Below are positions 13,501 to 26,300 of a stretch of DNA of 64,000 nucleotides, one piece after another. This stretch comes from Gordius albopunctatus (taxonomy: Eukaryota). Position 1 is the stretch's first letter. Every line of letters starts with the position of its first letter. Made by a program: the position numbers and the translations under genes. Location: assembly GCA_964276515.1 (NCBI GenBank), contig OZ193910.1:6448001-6512000 (forward strand). The letters run 5' to 3'. Under the pieces are notes generated by a model, which was given only the letters and a program-made list of their open reading frames with translations, searched no databases and was not told where the DNA came from.

Positions 13501-16500
13501 TTTAATTCTAGGCGCCATTTTATAGGAGATTTAGGGATTTTAGAGTATTTTGCGTCGGGCAGGATGCTAGGTGTCCGTCCTCAACGGAATTGGCGTATAG
13601 CGTGTGAAAGGGAGTGAGTAAACCGAGAACGCGATAATGAAACTGTTTCGAGCTGTATAATTACTACCAACAATCAAAAAGTTAAATATTCCACGTATTG
13701 CGTCATCGATTACGACAAAATACACACATTTCGATGCTCTCGCGTCAATTTTAAGTGATAAAATATGGGTGGGAAATAAAAAAGTAAGAATCTTGCCTGA
13801 TTTATAAGCACAATTTTCGCTTTAAATCTACGTTTACGACCATATCACGTTGAAAACACCGGTTCCCTTCCGAACACCGAAATTAAGCAACGTTGAGCCC
13901 GGTTAGTACTTGGATGGGTGACCGCTTGGGAATCCCGGGTGTTGTAACCTTTTTAAATATTTTTTTGAATTCAGTTACGATCAGGGGCGATCCTTAGCAC
14001 ATAGGGGACGCCGTAGGAATACATTTGTGAATTAATTTTTAATTCTAGGCGCCATTTTATAGGAGATTTAGGGATTTTAGAGTATTTTGCGTCGGGCAGG
14101 ATGCTAGGTGTCCGTCCTCAACGGAATTGGCGTATAGCGTGTGAAAGGGAGTGAGTAAACCGAGAACGCGATAATGAAACTGTTTCGAGCTGTATAATTA
14201 CTACCAACAATCAAAAAGTTAAATATTCCACGTATTGCGTCATCGATTACGACAAAATACACACATTTCGATGCTCTCGCGTCAATTTTAAGTGATAAAA
14301 TATGGGTGGGAAATAAAAAAGTAAGAATCTTGCCTGATTTATAAGCACAATTTTGGATTAAAACTACGGTTACGACCATATCACGTTGAAAACACCGGTT
14401 GCCTTCCGAACACCGAAGTTAAGCAACGTTGAGCCCGGTTAGTACTTGGATGGGTGACTGCTTGGGAATCCCGGGTGTTGTAACCTTTTTAAATATTTTT
14501 TTGAATCCAGTTACGATCAAGGGCGATCCTTAGCACATAGGGGACGCCGTAGGAATACATTTGTGAATTAATTTTTAATTCTAGGCGCCATTTTAAGGGA
14601 GATTTAGGGATTTTAGAGTATTTTGCGTCGGGCAGAATGCTAGGTGTCCGCCCTCAACGGAATTGGCGTAGTGGCGTCTGAAAGGGAGTAAGTAAACAGA
14701 GAACGCGATAATGAAACTGTTTCGAGCTGTATAATTACTACCAACAATCAAAAAGTTAAATATTCCACGTAATGCGTCATCGATTACGACAAAATACACA
14801 CATTTCGATGCTCTCGCGTAAATTTTAAGTGATAAAATATGGGTGGGAAATAAAAAAGTAAGAATCTTGCCTGATTTATAAGCACAATTTTCGCTTTAAA
14901 TCTACGGTTACGACCATATCACGTTGAAAACACCGGTTCCCTTCCGAACACCGAAGTTAAGCAACGTTGAGCCCGGTTAGTACTTGGATGGGTGACCGCT
15001 TGGGAATCCCGGTTGTTGTAACCTTTTTAAATATTTTTTTGAATCCAGTTACGATCAAGGGCGATCCTTAGCACATAGGGGACGCCGTAGGAATACATTT
15101 GTGAATTAATTTTTAATTCTAGGCGCCATTTTAAGGGAGATTTAGGGATTTTAGAGTATTTTGCGTCGGGCAGAATGCTAGGTGTCCGCCCTCAACGGAA
15201 TTGGCGTAGTGGCGTCTGAAAGGGAGTAAGTAAACAGAGAACGCGATAATGAAACTGTTTCGAGCTGTATAATTACTACCAACAATCAAAAAGTTAAATA
15301 TTCCACGTAATGCGTCATCGATTACGACAAAATACACACATTTCGATGCTCTCGCGTCAATTTTAAGTGATAAAATATGGGTGGGAAATAAAAAAGTAAG
15401 AATCTTGCCTGATTTATAAGCACAATTTTGGATTAAAACTACGGTTACGACCATATCACGTTGAAAACACCGGTTCCCTTCCGAACACCGAAGTTAAGCA
15501 ACGTTGAGCCCGGTTACTACTTGGATGGGTGACCGCTTGGGAATCCCGGGTGTTGTAACCTTTTTAAATATTTTTTTGAATTCAGTTACGATCAGGGGCG
15601 ATCCTTAGCACATAGGGGACGCCGTAGGAATACATTTGTGAATTAATTTTTAATTCTAGGCGCCATTTTATAGGAGATTTAGGGATTTTAGAGTATTTTG
15701 CGTCGGGCAGGATGCTAGGTGTCCGTCCTCAACGGAATTGGCGTAGTGGCGTCTGAAAGGGAGTAAGTAAACAGAGAACGCGATAATGAAACTGTTTCGA
15801 GCTGTATAATTACTACCAACAATCAAAAAGTTAAATATTCCACGTATTGCGTCATCGATTACGACAAAATACACACATTTCGATGCTCTCGCGTCAATTT
15901 TAAGTGATAAAATATGGGTGGGAAATAAAAAAGTAAGAATCTTGCCTGATTTATAAGCACAATTTTCGCTTTAAATCTACGTTTACGACCATATCACGTT
16001 GAAAACACCGGTTCCCTTCCGAACACCGAAATTAAGCAACGTTGAGCCCGGTTAGTACTTGGATGGGTGACCGCTTGGGAATCCCGGGTGTTGTAACCTT
16101 TTTAAATATTTTTTTGAATTCAGTTACGATCAGGGGCGATCCTTAGCACATAGGGGACGCCGTAGGAATACATTTGTGAATTAATTTTTAATTCTAGGCG
16201 CCATTTTATAGGAGATTTAGGGATTTTAGAGTATTTTGCGTCGGGCAGGATGCTAGGTGTCCGTCCTCAACGGAATTGGCGTATAGCGTGTGAAAGGGAG
16301 TGAGTAAACCGAGAACGCGATAATGAAACTGTTTCGAGCTGTATAATTACTACCAACAATCAAAAAGTTAAATATTCCACGTATTGCGTCATCGATTACG
16401 ACAAAATACACACATTTCGATGCTCTCGCGTAAATTTTAAGGGATAAAATATGGGTGGGAAATAAAAAAGTAAGAATCTTGCCTGATTTATAAGCACAAT

Positions 16501-18129
16501 TTTGGATTAAAACTACGGTTACGACCATATCACGTTGAAAACACCGGTTCCCTTCCGAACACCGAAGTTAAGCAACGTTGAGCCCGGTTAGTACTTGGAT
16601 GGGTGACTGCTTGGGAATCCCGGGTGTTGTAACCTTTTTAAATATTTTTTTGAATCCAGTTACGATCAAGGGCGATCCTTAGCACATAGGGGACGCCGTA
16701 GGAATACATTTGTGAATTAATTTTTAATTCTAGGCGCCATTTTAAGGGAGATTTAGGGATTTTAGAGTATTTTGCGTCGGGCAGAATGCTAGGTGTCCGC
16801 CCTCAACGGAATTGGCGTAGTGGCGTCTGAAAGGGAGTAAGTAAACAGAGAACGCGATAATGAAACTGTTTCGAGCTGTATAATTACTACCAACAATCAA
16901 AAAGTTAAATATTCCACGTAATGCGTCATCGATTACGACAAAATACACACATTTCGATGCTCTCGCGTAAATTTTAAGTGATAAAATATGGGTGGGAAAT
17001 AAAAAAGTAAGAATCTTGCCTGATTTATAAGCACAATTTTCGCTTTAAATCTACGGTTACGACCATATCACGTTGAAAACACCGGTTCCCTTCCGAACAC
17101 CGAAGTTAAGCAACGTTGAGCCCGGTTAGTACTTGGATGGGTGACCGCTTGGGAATCCCGGTTGTTGTAACCTTTTTAAATATTTTTTTGAATCCAGTTA
17201 CGATCAAGGGCGATCCTTAGCACATAGGGGACGCCGTAGGAATACATTTGTGAATTAATTTTTAATTCTAGGCGCCATTTTAAGGGAGATTTAGGGATTT
17301 TAGAGTATTTTGCGTCGGGCAGAATGCTAGGTGTCCGCCCTCAACGGAATTGGCGTAGTGGCGTCTGAAAGGGAGTAAGTAAACAGAGAACGCGATAATG
17401 AAACTGTTTCGAGCTGTATAATTACTACCAACAATCAAAAAGTTAAATATTCCACGTAATGCGTCATCGATTACGACAAAATACACACATTTCGATGCTC
17501 TCGCGTCAATTTTAAGTGATAAAATATGGGTGGGAAATAAAAAAGTAAGAATCTTGCCTGATTTATAAGCACAATTTTCGCTTTAAATCTACGTTTACGA
17601 CCATATCACGTTGAAAACACCGGTTCCCTTCCGAACACCGAAGTTAAGCAACGTTGAGCCCGGTTACTACTTGGATGGGTGACCGCTTGGGAATCCCGGG
17701 TGTTGTAACCTTTTTAAATATTTTTTTGAATTCAGTTACGATCAGGGGCGATCCTTAGCACATAGGGGACGCCGTAGGAATACATTTGTGAATTAATTTT
17801 TAATTCTAGGCGCCATTTTATAGGAGATTTAGGGATTTTAGAGTATTTTGCGTCGGGCAGGATGCTAGGTGTCCGTCCTCAACGGAATTGGCGTATAGCG
17901 TGTGAAAGGGAGTGAGTAAACCGAGAACGCGATAATGAAACTGTTTCGAGCTGTATAATTACTACCAACAATCAAAAAGTTAAATATTCCACGTATTGCG
18001 TCATCGATTACGACAAAATACACACATTTCGATGCTCTCGCGTCAATTTTAAGTGATAAAATATGGGTGGGAAATAAAAAAGTAAGAATCTTGCCTGATT
18101 TATAAGCACAATTTTCGCTTTAAATCTAC

Positions 18130-18248
18130 GTTTACGACCATATCACGTTGAAAACACCGGTTCCCTTCCGAACACCGAAATTAAGCAACGTTGAGCCCGG
18201 TTAGTACTTGGATGGGTGACCGCTTGGGAATCCCGGGTGTTGTAACCT
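18130..18248 (+). rRNA. 5S rRNA: 5S rRNA (last copy of left block)
   Basis: Same 119-nt gene, with G2T and G51A. Confidence 0.93.
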
Positions 18249-18354
18249 TTTTAAATATTTTTTTGAATTCAGTTACGATCAGGGGCGATCCTTAGCACAT
18301 AGGGGACGCCGTAGGAATACATTTGTGAATTAATTTTTAATTCTAGGCGCCATT

Positions 18355-18554
18355 NNNNNNNNNNNNNNNNNNNNNNNNNNNNNNNNNNNNNNNNNNNNNN
18401 NNNNNNNNNNNNNNNNNNNNNNNNNNNNNNNNNNNNNNNNNNNNNNNNNNNNNNNNNNNNNNNNNNNNNNNNNNNNNNNNNNNNNNNNNNNNNNNNNNNN
18501 NNNNNNNNNNNNNNNNNNNNNNNNNNNNNNNNNNNNNNNNNNNNNNNNNNNNNN
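18355..18554. other. Assembly gap (exactly 200 N)
   Basis: Run of 200 N. A round length indicates a scaffolding placeholder of unknown true size. Confidence 0.98.
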
Positions 18555-18864
18555 GTATTTTGTCGTAATCGATGACGCATTACGTGGAATATTTAACTTT
18601 TTGATTGTTGGTAGTAATTATACAGCTCGAAACAGTTTCATTATCGCGTTCTCGATTTACTTACTCCCTTTCAGACGCTATACGCCAATTCCGTTGAGGA
18701 CGGATACCTAGCATTCTGCCCGACGCAAAATACTCTAAAATCCCTAAATCTCCTATAAAATGGCGCCTAGAATTAAAAATTAATCCACAAATGTATTCCT
18801 ACGGCGTCCCCTATGTGCTAAGGATCGCCCTTGATCGTAACTGGATTCAAAAAAATATTTAAAA

Positions 18865-18983
18865 AGGTTACAACACCCCGGATTCCCAAGCGGTCACCCA
18901 TCCAAGTACTAACCGGGCTCAACGTTGCTTAACTTCGGTGTTCGGAAGGGAACCGGTGTTTTCAACGTGATATGGTCGTAACC
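18865..18983 (-). rRNA. 5S rRNA: 5S rRNA (first copy of right block)
   Basis: Reverse complement of the 119-nt gene (aggttacaac...ggtcgtaacc). Confidence 0.95.
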
Positions 18984-21009
18984 CTAGATTTAAAGCGAAA
19001 ATTGTGCTTATAAATCAGGCAAGATTCTTACTTTTTTATTTCCAACAAAATTTTATCACTTAAAATTTACGCGAGAGCATCGAAATGTATGTATTTTGTC
19101 GTAATCGATGACGCAATACGTGGAATATTTAACTTTTTGATTGTTGGTAGTAATTATACAGCTCGAAACAGTTTCATTATCGCGTTTTCGGTTTACTTAC
19201 TCCCTTTCAGACGCTATACGCCAATTCCGTTGAGGACGGACACCTAGCATTCTGCCCGACGCAAAATACTCTAAAATCCCTAAATCTCCTATAAAATGGC
19301 GCCTAGAATTAAAAATTAATTCACAAATGCATTCCTACGGCATCCCCTATGTGCTAAGGATCGCCCTTGATCGTAACTGGATTCAAAAAAATATTTAAAA
19401 AGGTTACAACACCCGGGATTCCCAAGCGGTCACCCATCCAAGTACTAACCGGGCTCAACGTTGCTTAACTTCGGTGTTCGGAAGGGAACCGGTGTTTTCA
19501 ACGTGATATGGTCGTAACCCTAGATTTAAAGCGAAAATTGTGCTTATAAATCAGGCAAGATTCTTACTTTTTTATTTCCCACCCATATTTTATCACTTAA
19601 AATTTACGCGAGAGCATCGAAATGTATGTATTTTGTCGTAATCGATGACGCAATACGTGGAATATTTAACTTTTTGATTGTTGGTAGTAATTATACAGCT
19701 CGAAACAGTTTCATTATCGCGTTTTCGGTTTACTTACTCCCTTTCAGACGCTATACGCCAATTCCGTTGAGGACGGACACCTAGCATTCTGCCCGACGCA
19801 AAATACTCTAAAATCCCTAAATCTCCTATAAAATGGCGCCTAGAATTAAAAATTAATTCACAAATGTATTCCTACGGCGTCCCCTATGTACTAAGGATCG
19901 CACTTGATCGTAACTGGATTCAAAAAAATATTTAAAAAGGTTACAACACCCGGGATTCCCAAGCGATCACCCATCCAAGTACTAACCGGGCTCAACGTTG
20001 CTTAACTTCGGTGTTCGGAAGGGAACCGGTGTTTTCAACGTGATATGGTCGTAACAGTAGATTTAAAGCGAAAATTGTGCTTATAAATCAGGCAAGATTC
20101 TTACTTTTTTATTTCCCACACATATTTTATCACTTAAAATTTACGCGAGAGCATCGAAATGTGTGTATTTTGTCGTAATCGATGACGCATTACGTGGAAT
20201 ATTTAACTTTTTGATTGTTGGTAGTAATTATACAGCTCGAAACAGTTTCATTATCGCGTTTTCGGTTTACTTACTCCCTTTCAGACGCTATACGCCAATT
20301 CCGTTGAGGACGGACACCTAGCATTCTGCCCGACGCAAAATACTCTAAAATCCCTAAATCTCCTATAAAATGGCGCCTAGAATTAAAAATTAATTCACAA
20401 ATGCATTCCTACGGCATCCCCTATGTGCTAAGGATCGCCCTTGATCGTAACTGGATTCAAAAAAATATTTAAAAAGGTTACAACACCCGGGATTCCCAAG
20501 CGGTCACCCATCCAAGTACTAACCGGGCTCAACGTTGCTTAACTTTGGTGTTCGGAAGGGAACCGGTGTTTTCAACGTGATATGGTCGTAACCGTAGATT
20601 TAAAACGAAAATTGTGCTTATAAATCAGGCAAGATTCTTACTTTTTTATTTCCCACCCATATTTTATCACTTAAAATTTACGCGAGAGCATCGAAATGTG
20701 TGTATTTTGTCGTAATCGATGACGCATTACGTGGAATATTTAACTTTTTGATTGTTGGTAGTAATTATACAGCTCGAAACAGTTTCATTATCGCGTTCTC
20801 GATTTACTTACTCCCTTTCAGACGCTATACGCCAATTCCGTTGAGGACGGACACCTAGCATTCTGCCCGACGCAAAATACTCTAAAATCCCTAAATCTCC
20901 TATAAAATGGCGCCTAGAATTAAAAATTAATTCACAAATGTATTCCTACGGCGTCCCCTATGTGCTAAGGATCGCCCTTGATCGTAACTGGATTCAAAAA
21001 AATATTTAA

Positions 21010-21126
21010 AGGTTACAACACCCGGGATTCCCAAGCGGTCACCCATCCAAGTACTAACCGGGCTCAACGTTGCTTAACTTCGGTGTTCGGAAGGGAACCG
21101 GTGTTTTCAACGTGATATGGTAGACC
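21010..21126 (-). pseudogene. 5S variant with damaged 5' end (GGTCTACC, 117 nt) and first terminator tract reduced to T3
   Basis: The + strand reads atatggtagacc instead of atatggtcgtaacc, and tttaaaggttac instead of tttaaaaaggttac. Pseudogene status is inferred. Confidence 0.65.
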
Positions 21127-22618
21127 GTAGATTTAAAGCGAAAATTGTGCTTATAAATCAGGCAAGATTCTTACTTTTTTATTTCCCACCCATATTTTAT
21201 CACTTAAAATTTACGCGAGAGCATCGAAATGTGTGTATTTTGTCGTAATCGATGACGCATTACGTGGAATATTTAACTTTTTGATTGTTGGTAGTAATTA
21301 TACAACTCGAAACAGTTTCATTATCGCGTTCTCGATTTACTTACTCCCTTTCAGACGCTATACGCCAATTCCGTTGAGGACGGACACCTAGCATTCTGCC
21401 CGACGCAAAATACTCTAAAATCCCTAAATCTCCTATAAAATGGCGCCTAGAATTAAAAATTAATTCACAAATGTATTCCTACGGCGTCCCCTATGTGCTA
21501 AGGATCGCCCTTGATCGTAACTGGATTCAAAAAAATATTTAAAAAGGTTACAACACCCGGGATTCCCAAGCGGTCACCCATCCAAGTACTAACCGGGCTC
21601 AACGTTGCTTAACTTCGGTGTTCGGAAGGGAACCGGTGTTTTCAACGTGATATGGTCGTAACCGTAGATTTAAAGCGAAAATTGTGCTTATAAATCAGGC
21701 AAGATTCTTACTTTTTTATTTCCCACCCATATTTTATCACTTAAAATTTACGCGAGAGCATCGAAATGTGTGTATTTTGTCGTAATCGATGACGCATTAC
21801 GTGGAATATTTAACTTTTTGATTGTTGGTAGTAATTATACAGCTCGAAACAGTTTCATTATCGCGTTCTCGATTTACTTACTCCCTTTCAGACGCTATAC
21901 GCCAATTCCGTTGAGGACGGACACCTAGCATTCTGCCCGACGCAAAATACTCTAAAATCCCTAAATCTCCTATAAAATGGCGCCTAGAATTAAAAATTAA
22001 TTCACAAATGTATTCCTACGGCGTCCCCTATGTGCTAAGGATCGCCCTTGATCGTAACTGGATTCAAAAAAATATTTAAAAAGGTTACAACACCCGGGAT
22101 TCCCAAGCGGTCACCCATCCAAGTACTAACCGGGCTCAACGTTGCTTAACTTCGGTGTTCGGAAGGGAACCGGTGTTTTCAACGTGATATGGTCGTAACC
22201 GTAGATTTAAAGCGAAAATTGTGCTTATAAATCAGGCAAGATTCTTACTTTTTTATTTCCCACCCATATTTTATCACTTAAAATTTACGCGAGAGCATCG
22301 AAATGTGTGTATTTTGTCGTAATCGATGACGCATTACGTGGAATATTTAACTTTTTGATTGTTGGTAGTAATTATACAGCTCGAAACAGTTTCATTATCG
22401 CGTTCTCGATTTACTTACTCCCTTTCAGACGCTATACGCCAATTCCGTTGAGGACGGACACCTAGCATTCTGCCCGACGCAAAATACTCTAAAATCCCTA
22501 AATCTCCTATAAAATGGCGCCTAGAATTAAAAATTAATTCACAAATGTATTCCTACGGCGTCCCCTATGTTCTAAGGATCGCCCTTGATCGTAACTGGAT
22601 TCAAAAAAATATTTAAAA

Positions 22619-22778
22619 AGGTTACAACACCCGGGATTCCCAAGCGGTCACCCATCCAAGTACTAACCGGCCCGGGATTCCCAAGCGGTCACCCATTCAA
22701 GTACTAACCGGGCTCAACGTTGCTTAACTTCGGTGTTCGGAAGGGAACCGGTGTTTTCAACGTGATATGGTCGTATCC
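22619..22778 (-). rRNA. 160-nt 5S variant with tandem duplication of positions 68-108 (first of ~19 copies); function unknown
   Basis: 22630-22670 and 22671-22711 are 41-bp direct repeats that differ at one base (catcca vs cattca). Confidence 0.9.
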
Positions 22779-23196
22779 GTAGATTTAAAGCGTAAATTGT
22801 GCTTATAAATCAGGCAAGATTCTTACTTTTTTATTTCCCACCCATATTTTATCACTTAAAATTTACGCGAGAGCATCGAAATGTGTGTATTTTGTCGTAA
22901 TCCGTGAGGCAATACGTGGAATATTTAACTTTTTGATTGTTGGTAGTAATTATACAGCTCGAAACAGTTTCATTATCGCGTTTTCGGTTTACTTACTCCC
23001 TTTCAGACGCTATACGCCAATTCCGTTGAGGACGGACACCTAGCATTCTGCCCGACGCAAAATACTCTAAAATCCCTAAATCTCCTATAAAATGGCGCCT
23101 AGAATTAAAAATTAATTCACAAATGTATTCCTACGGCGTCCCCTATGTGCTAAGGATCGCCCTTGATCGTAACTGGATTCAAAAAAATATTTAAAA

Positions 23197-23354
23197 AGGT
23201 TACAACACCCGGGATTCCCAAGCGGTCACCCATCCAAGTACTAACCGGCCCGGGATTCCCAAGCGGTCACCCATTCAAGTACTAACCGGGCTCACCGTTG
23301 CTTAACTTCGGTGTTCGGAAGGGAACCGGTGTTTTCAACGTGATATGGTAGACC
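23197..23354 (-). pseudogene. 158-nt 5S variant: 41-nt duplication plus T62G plus GGTCTACC 5' lesion
   Basis: Duplication junction aaccggcccggg, gctcaccgttg and atatggtagacc all occur in one gene. Pseudogene status is inferred. Confidence 0.7.
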
Positions 23355-26300
23355 GTAGATTTAAAGCGAAAATTGTGCTTATAAATCAGGCAAGATTCTT
23401 ACTTTTTTATTTCCCACCCATATTTTATCACTTAAAATTTACGCGAGAGCATCGAAATGTGTGTATTTTGTCGTAATCGATGACGCATTACGTGGAATAT
23501 TTAACTTTTTGATTGTTGGTAGTAATTATACAGCTCGAAACAGTTTCATTATCGCGTTCTCGATTTACTTACTCCCTTTCAGACGCTATACGCCAATTCC
23601 GTTGAGGACGGACACCTAGCATTCTGCCCGACGCAAAATACTCTAAAATCCCTAAATCTCCTATAAAATGGCGCCTAGAATTAAAAATTAATTCACAAAT
23701 GTATTCCTACGGCGTCCCCTATGTGCTAAGGATCGCCCTTGATCGTAACTGGATTCAAAAAAATATTTAAAAAGGTTACAACACCCGGGATTCCCAAGCG
23801 GTCACCCATCCAAGTACTAACCGGGCTCAACGTTGCTTAACTTTGGTGTTCGGAAGGGAACCGGTGTTTTCAACGTGATATGGTCGTAACCGTAGATTTA
23901 AAACGAAAATTGTGCTTATAAATCAGGCAAGATTCTTACTTTTTTATTTCCCACCCATATTTTATCACTTAAAATTTACGCGAGAGCATCGAAATGTGTG
24001 TATTTTGTCGTAATCGATGACGCATTACGTGGAATATTTAACTTTTTGATTGTTGGTAGTAATTATACAGCTCGAAACAGTTTCATTATCGCGTTCTCGA
24101 TTTACTTACTCCCTTTCAGACGCTATACGCCAATTCCGTTGAGGACGGACACCTAGCATTCTGCCCGACGCAAAATACTCTAAAATCCCTAAATCTCCTA
24201 TAAAATGGCGCCTAGAATTAAAAATTAATTCACAAATGTATTCCTACAGCGTCCCCTATGTGCTAAGGATCGCCCTTGATCGTAACTGGATTCAAAAAAA
24301 TATTTAAAAAGGTTACAACACCCGGGATTCCCAAGCGGTCACCCATCCAAGTACTAACCGGGCTCAACGTTGCTTAACTTTGGTGTTCGGAAGGGAACCG
24401 GTGTTTTCAACGTGATATGGTCGTAACCGTAGATTTAAAACGAAAATTGTGCTTATAAATCAGGCAAGATTCTTACTTTTTTATTTCCCACCCATATTTT
24501 ATCACTTAAAATTTACGCGAGAGCATCGAAATGTGTGTATTTTGTCGTAATCGATGACGCATTACGTGGAATATTTAACTTTTTGATTGTTGGTAGTAAT
24601 TATACAGCTCGAAACAGTTTCATTATCGCGTTCTCGATTTACTTACTCCCTTTCAGACGCTATACGCCAATTCCGTTGAGGACGGACACCTAGCATTCTG
24701 CCCGACGCAAAATACTCTAAAATCCCTAAATCTCCTATAAAATGGCGCCTAGAATTAAAAATTAATTCACAAATGTATTCCTACGGCGTCCCCTATGTGC
24801 TAAGGATCGCCCTTGATCGTAACTGGATTCAAAAAAATATTTAAAGGTTACAACACCCGGGATTCCCAAGCGGTCACCCATCCAAGTACTAACCGGGCTC
24901 AACGTTGCTTAACTTCGGTGTTCGGAAGGGAACCGGTGTTTTCAACGTGATATGGTAGACCGTAGATTTAAAGCGAAAATTGTGCTTATAAATCAGGCAA
25001 GATTCTTACTTTTTTATTTCCCACCCATATTTTATCACTTAAAATTTACGCGAGAGCATCGAAATGTGTGTATTTTGTCGTAATCGATGACGCATTACGT
25101 GGAATATTTAACTTTTTGATTGTTGGTAGTAATTATACAACTCGAAACAGTTTCATTATCGCGTTCTCGATTTACTTACTCCCTTTCAGACGCTATACGC
25201 CAATTCCGTTGAGGACGGACACCTAGCATTCTGCCCGACGCAAAATACTCTAAAATCCCTAAATCTCCTATAAAATGGCGCCTAGAATTAGAAATTAATT
25301 CACAAATGTATTCCTACGGCGTCCCCTATGTGCTAAGGATCGCCCTTGATCGTAACTGGATTCAAAAAAATATTTAAAAAGGTTACAACACCCGGGATTC
25401 CCAAGCGGTCACCCATCCAAGTACTAACCGGGCTCAACGTTGCTTAACTTCGGTGTTCGGAAGGGAACCGGTGTTTTCAACGTGATATGGTCGTAACCGT
25501 AGATTTAAAGCGAAAATTGTGCTTATAAATCAGGCAAGATTCTTACTTTTTTATTTCCCACCCATATTTTATCACTTAAAATTTACGCGAGAGCATCGAA
25601 ATGTGTGTATTTTGTCGTAATCGATGACGCATTACGTGGAATATTTAACTTTTTGATTGTTGGTAGTAATTATACAGCTCGAAACAGTTTCATTATCGCG
25701 TTTTCGGTTTACTTACTCCCTTTCAGACGCTATACGCCAATTCCGTTGAGGACGGACACCTAGCATTCTGCCCGACGCAAAATACTCTAAAATCCCTAAA
25801 TCTCCTATAAAATGGCGCCTAGAATTAAAAATTAATTCACAAATGTATTCCTACGGCGTCCCCTATGTGCTAAGGATCGCCCTTGATCGTAACTGGATTC
25901 AAAAAAATATTTAAAGGTTACAACACACGGGATTCCCAAGCGGTCACCCATCCAAGTACTAACCGGGCTCAACGTTGCTTAACTTCGGTGTTCGGAAGGG
26001 AACCGGTGTTTTCAACGTGATATGGTAGACCGTAGATTTAAAGCGAAAATTGTGCTTATAAATCAGGCAAGATTCTTACTTTTTTATTTCCCACCCATAT
26101 TTTATCACTTAAAATTTACGCGAGAGCATCGAAATGTGTGTATTTTGTCGTAATCGATGACGCATTACGTGGAATATTTAACTTTTTGATTGTTGGTAAT
26201 AATTATACAGCTCGAAACAGTTTCATTATCGCGTTCTCGATTTACTTACTCCCTTTCAGACGCTATACGCCAATTCCGTTGAGGACGGACACCTAGCATT

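Larger units (their letters stand above)
1..18354 (+). repeat. 5S rDNA tandem array, left block (~34 units of 537-538 bp, genes on +)
   Basis: 5S gene starts recur at 402, 940, 1478 ... 18130, a period of ~537.2 bp. Spacers are near-identical. Confidence 0.97.

Noticed and set aside
18269..18580. 103-aa ORF across the gap
   Set aside because: Artefact of translating N's.
18641..18830. snRNA-like fragments: ATCGCGTTCTCG (U2 5'-like), ACTTAC (U1-like), CCCCTATGTGCTAAGGAT (U6-like), and ACAGAGA in some units
   Set aside because: The matches are short and do not extend. They lie in the wrong order or on opposite strands, and no U2 branch-pairing sequence or U1/U6 body follows.
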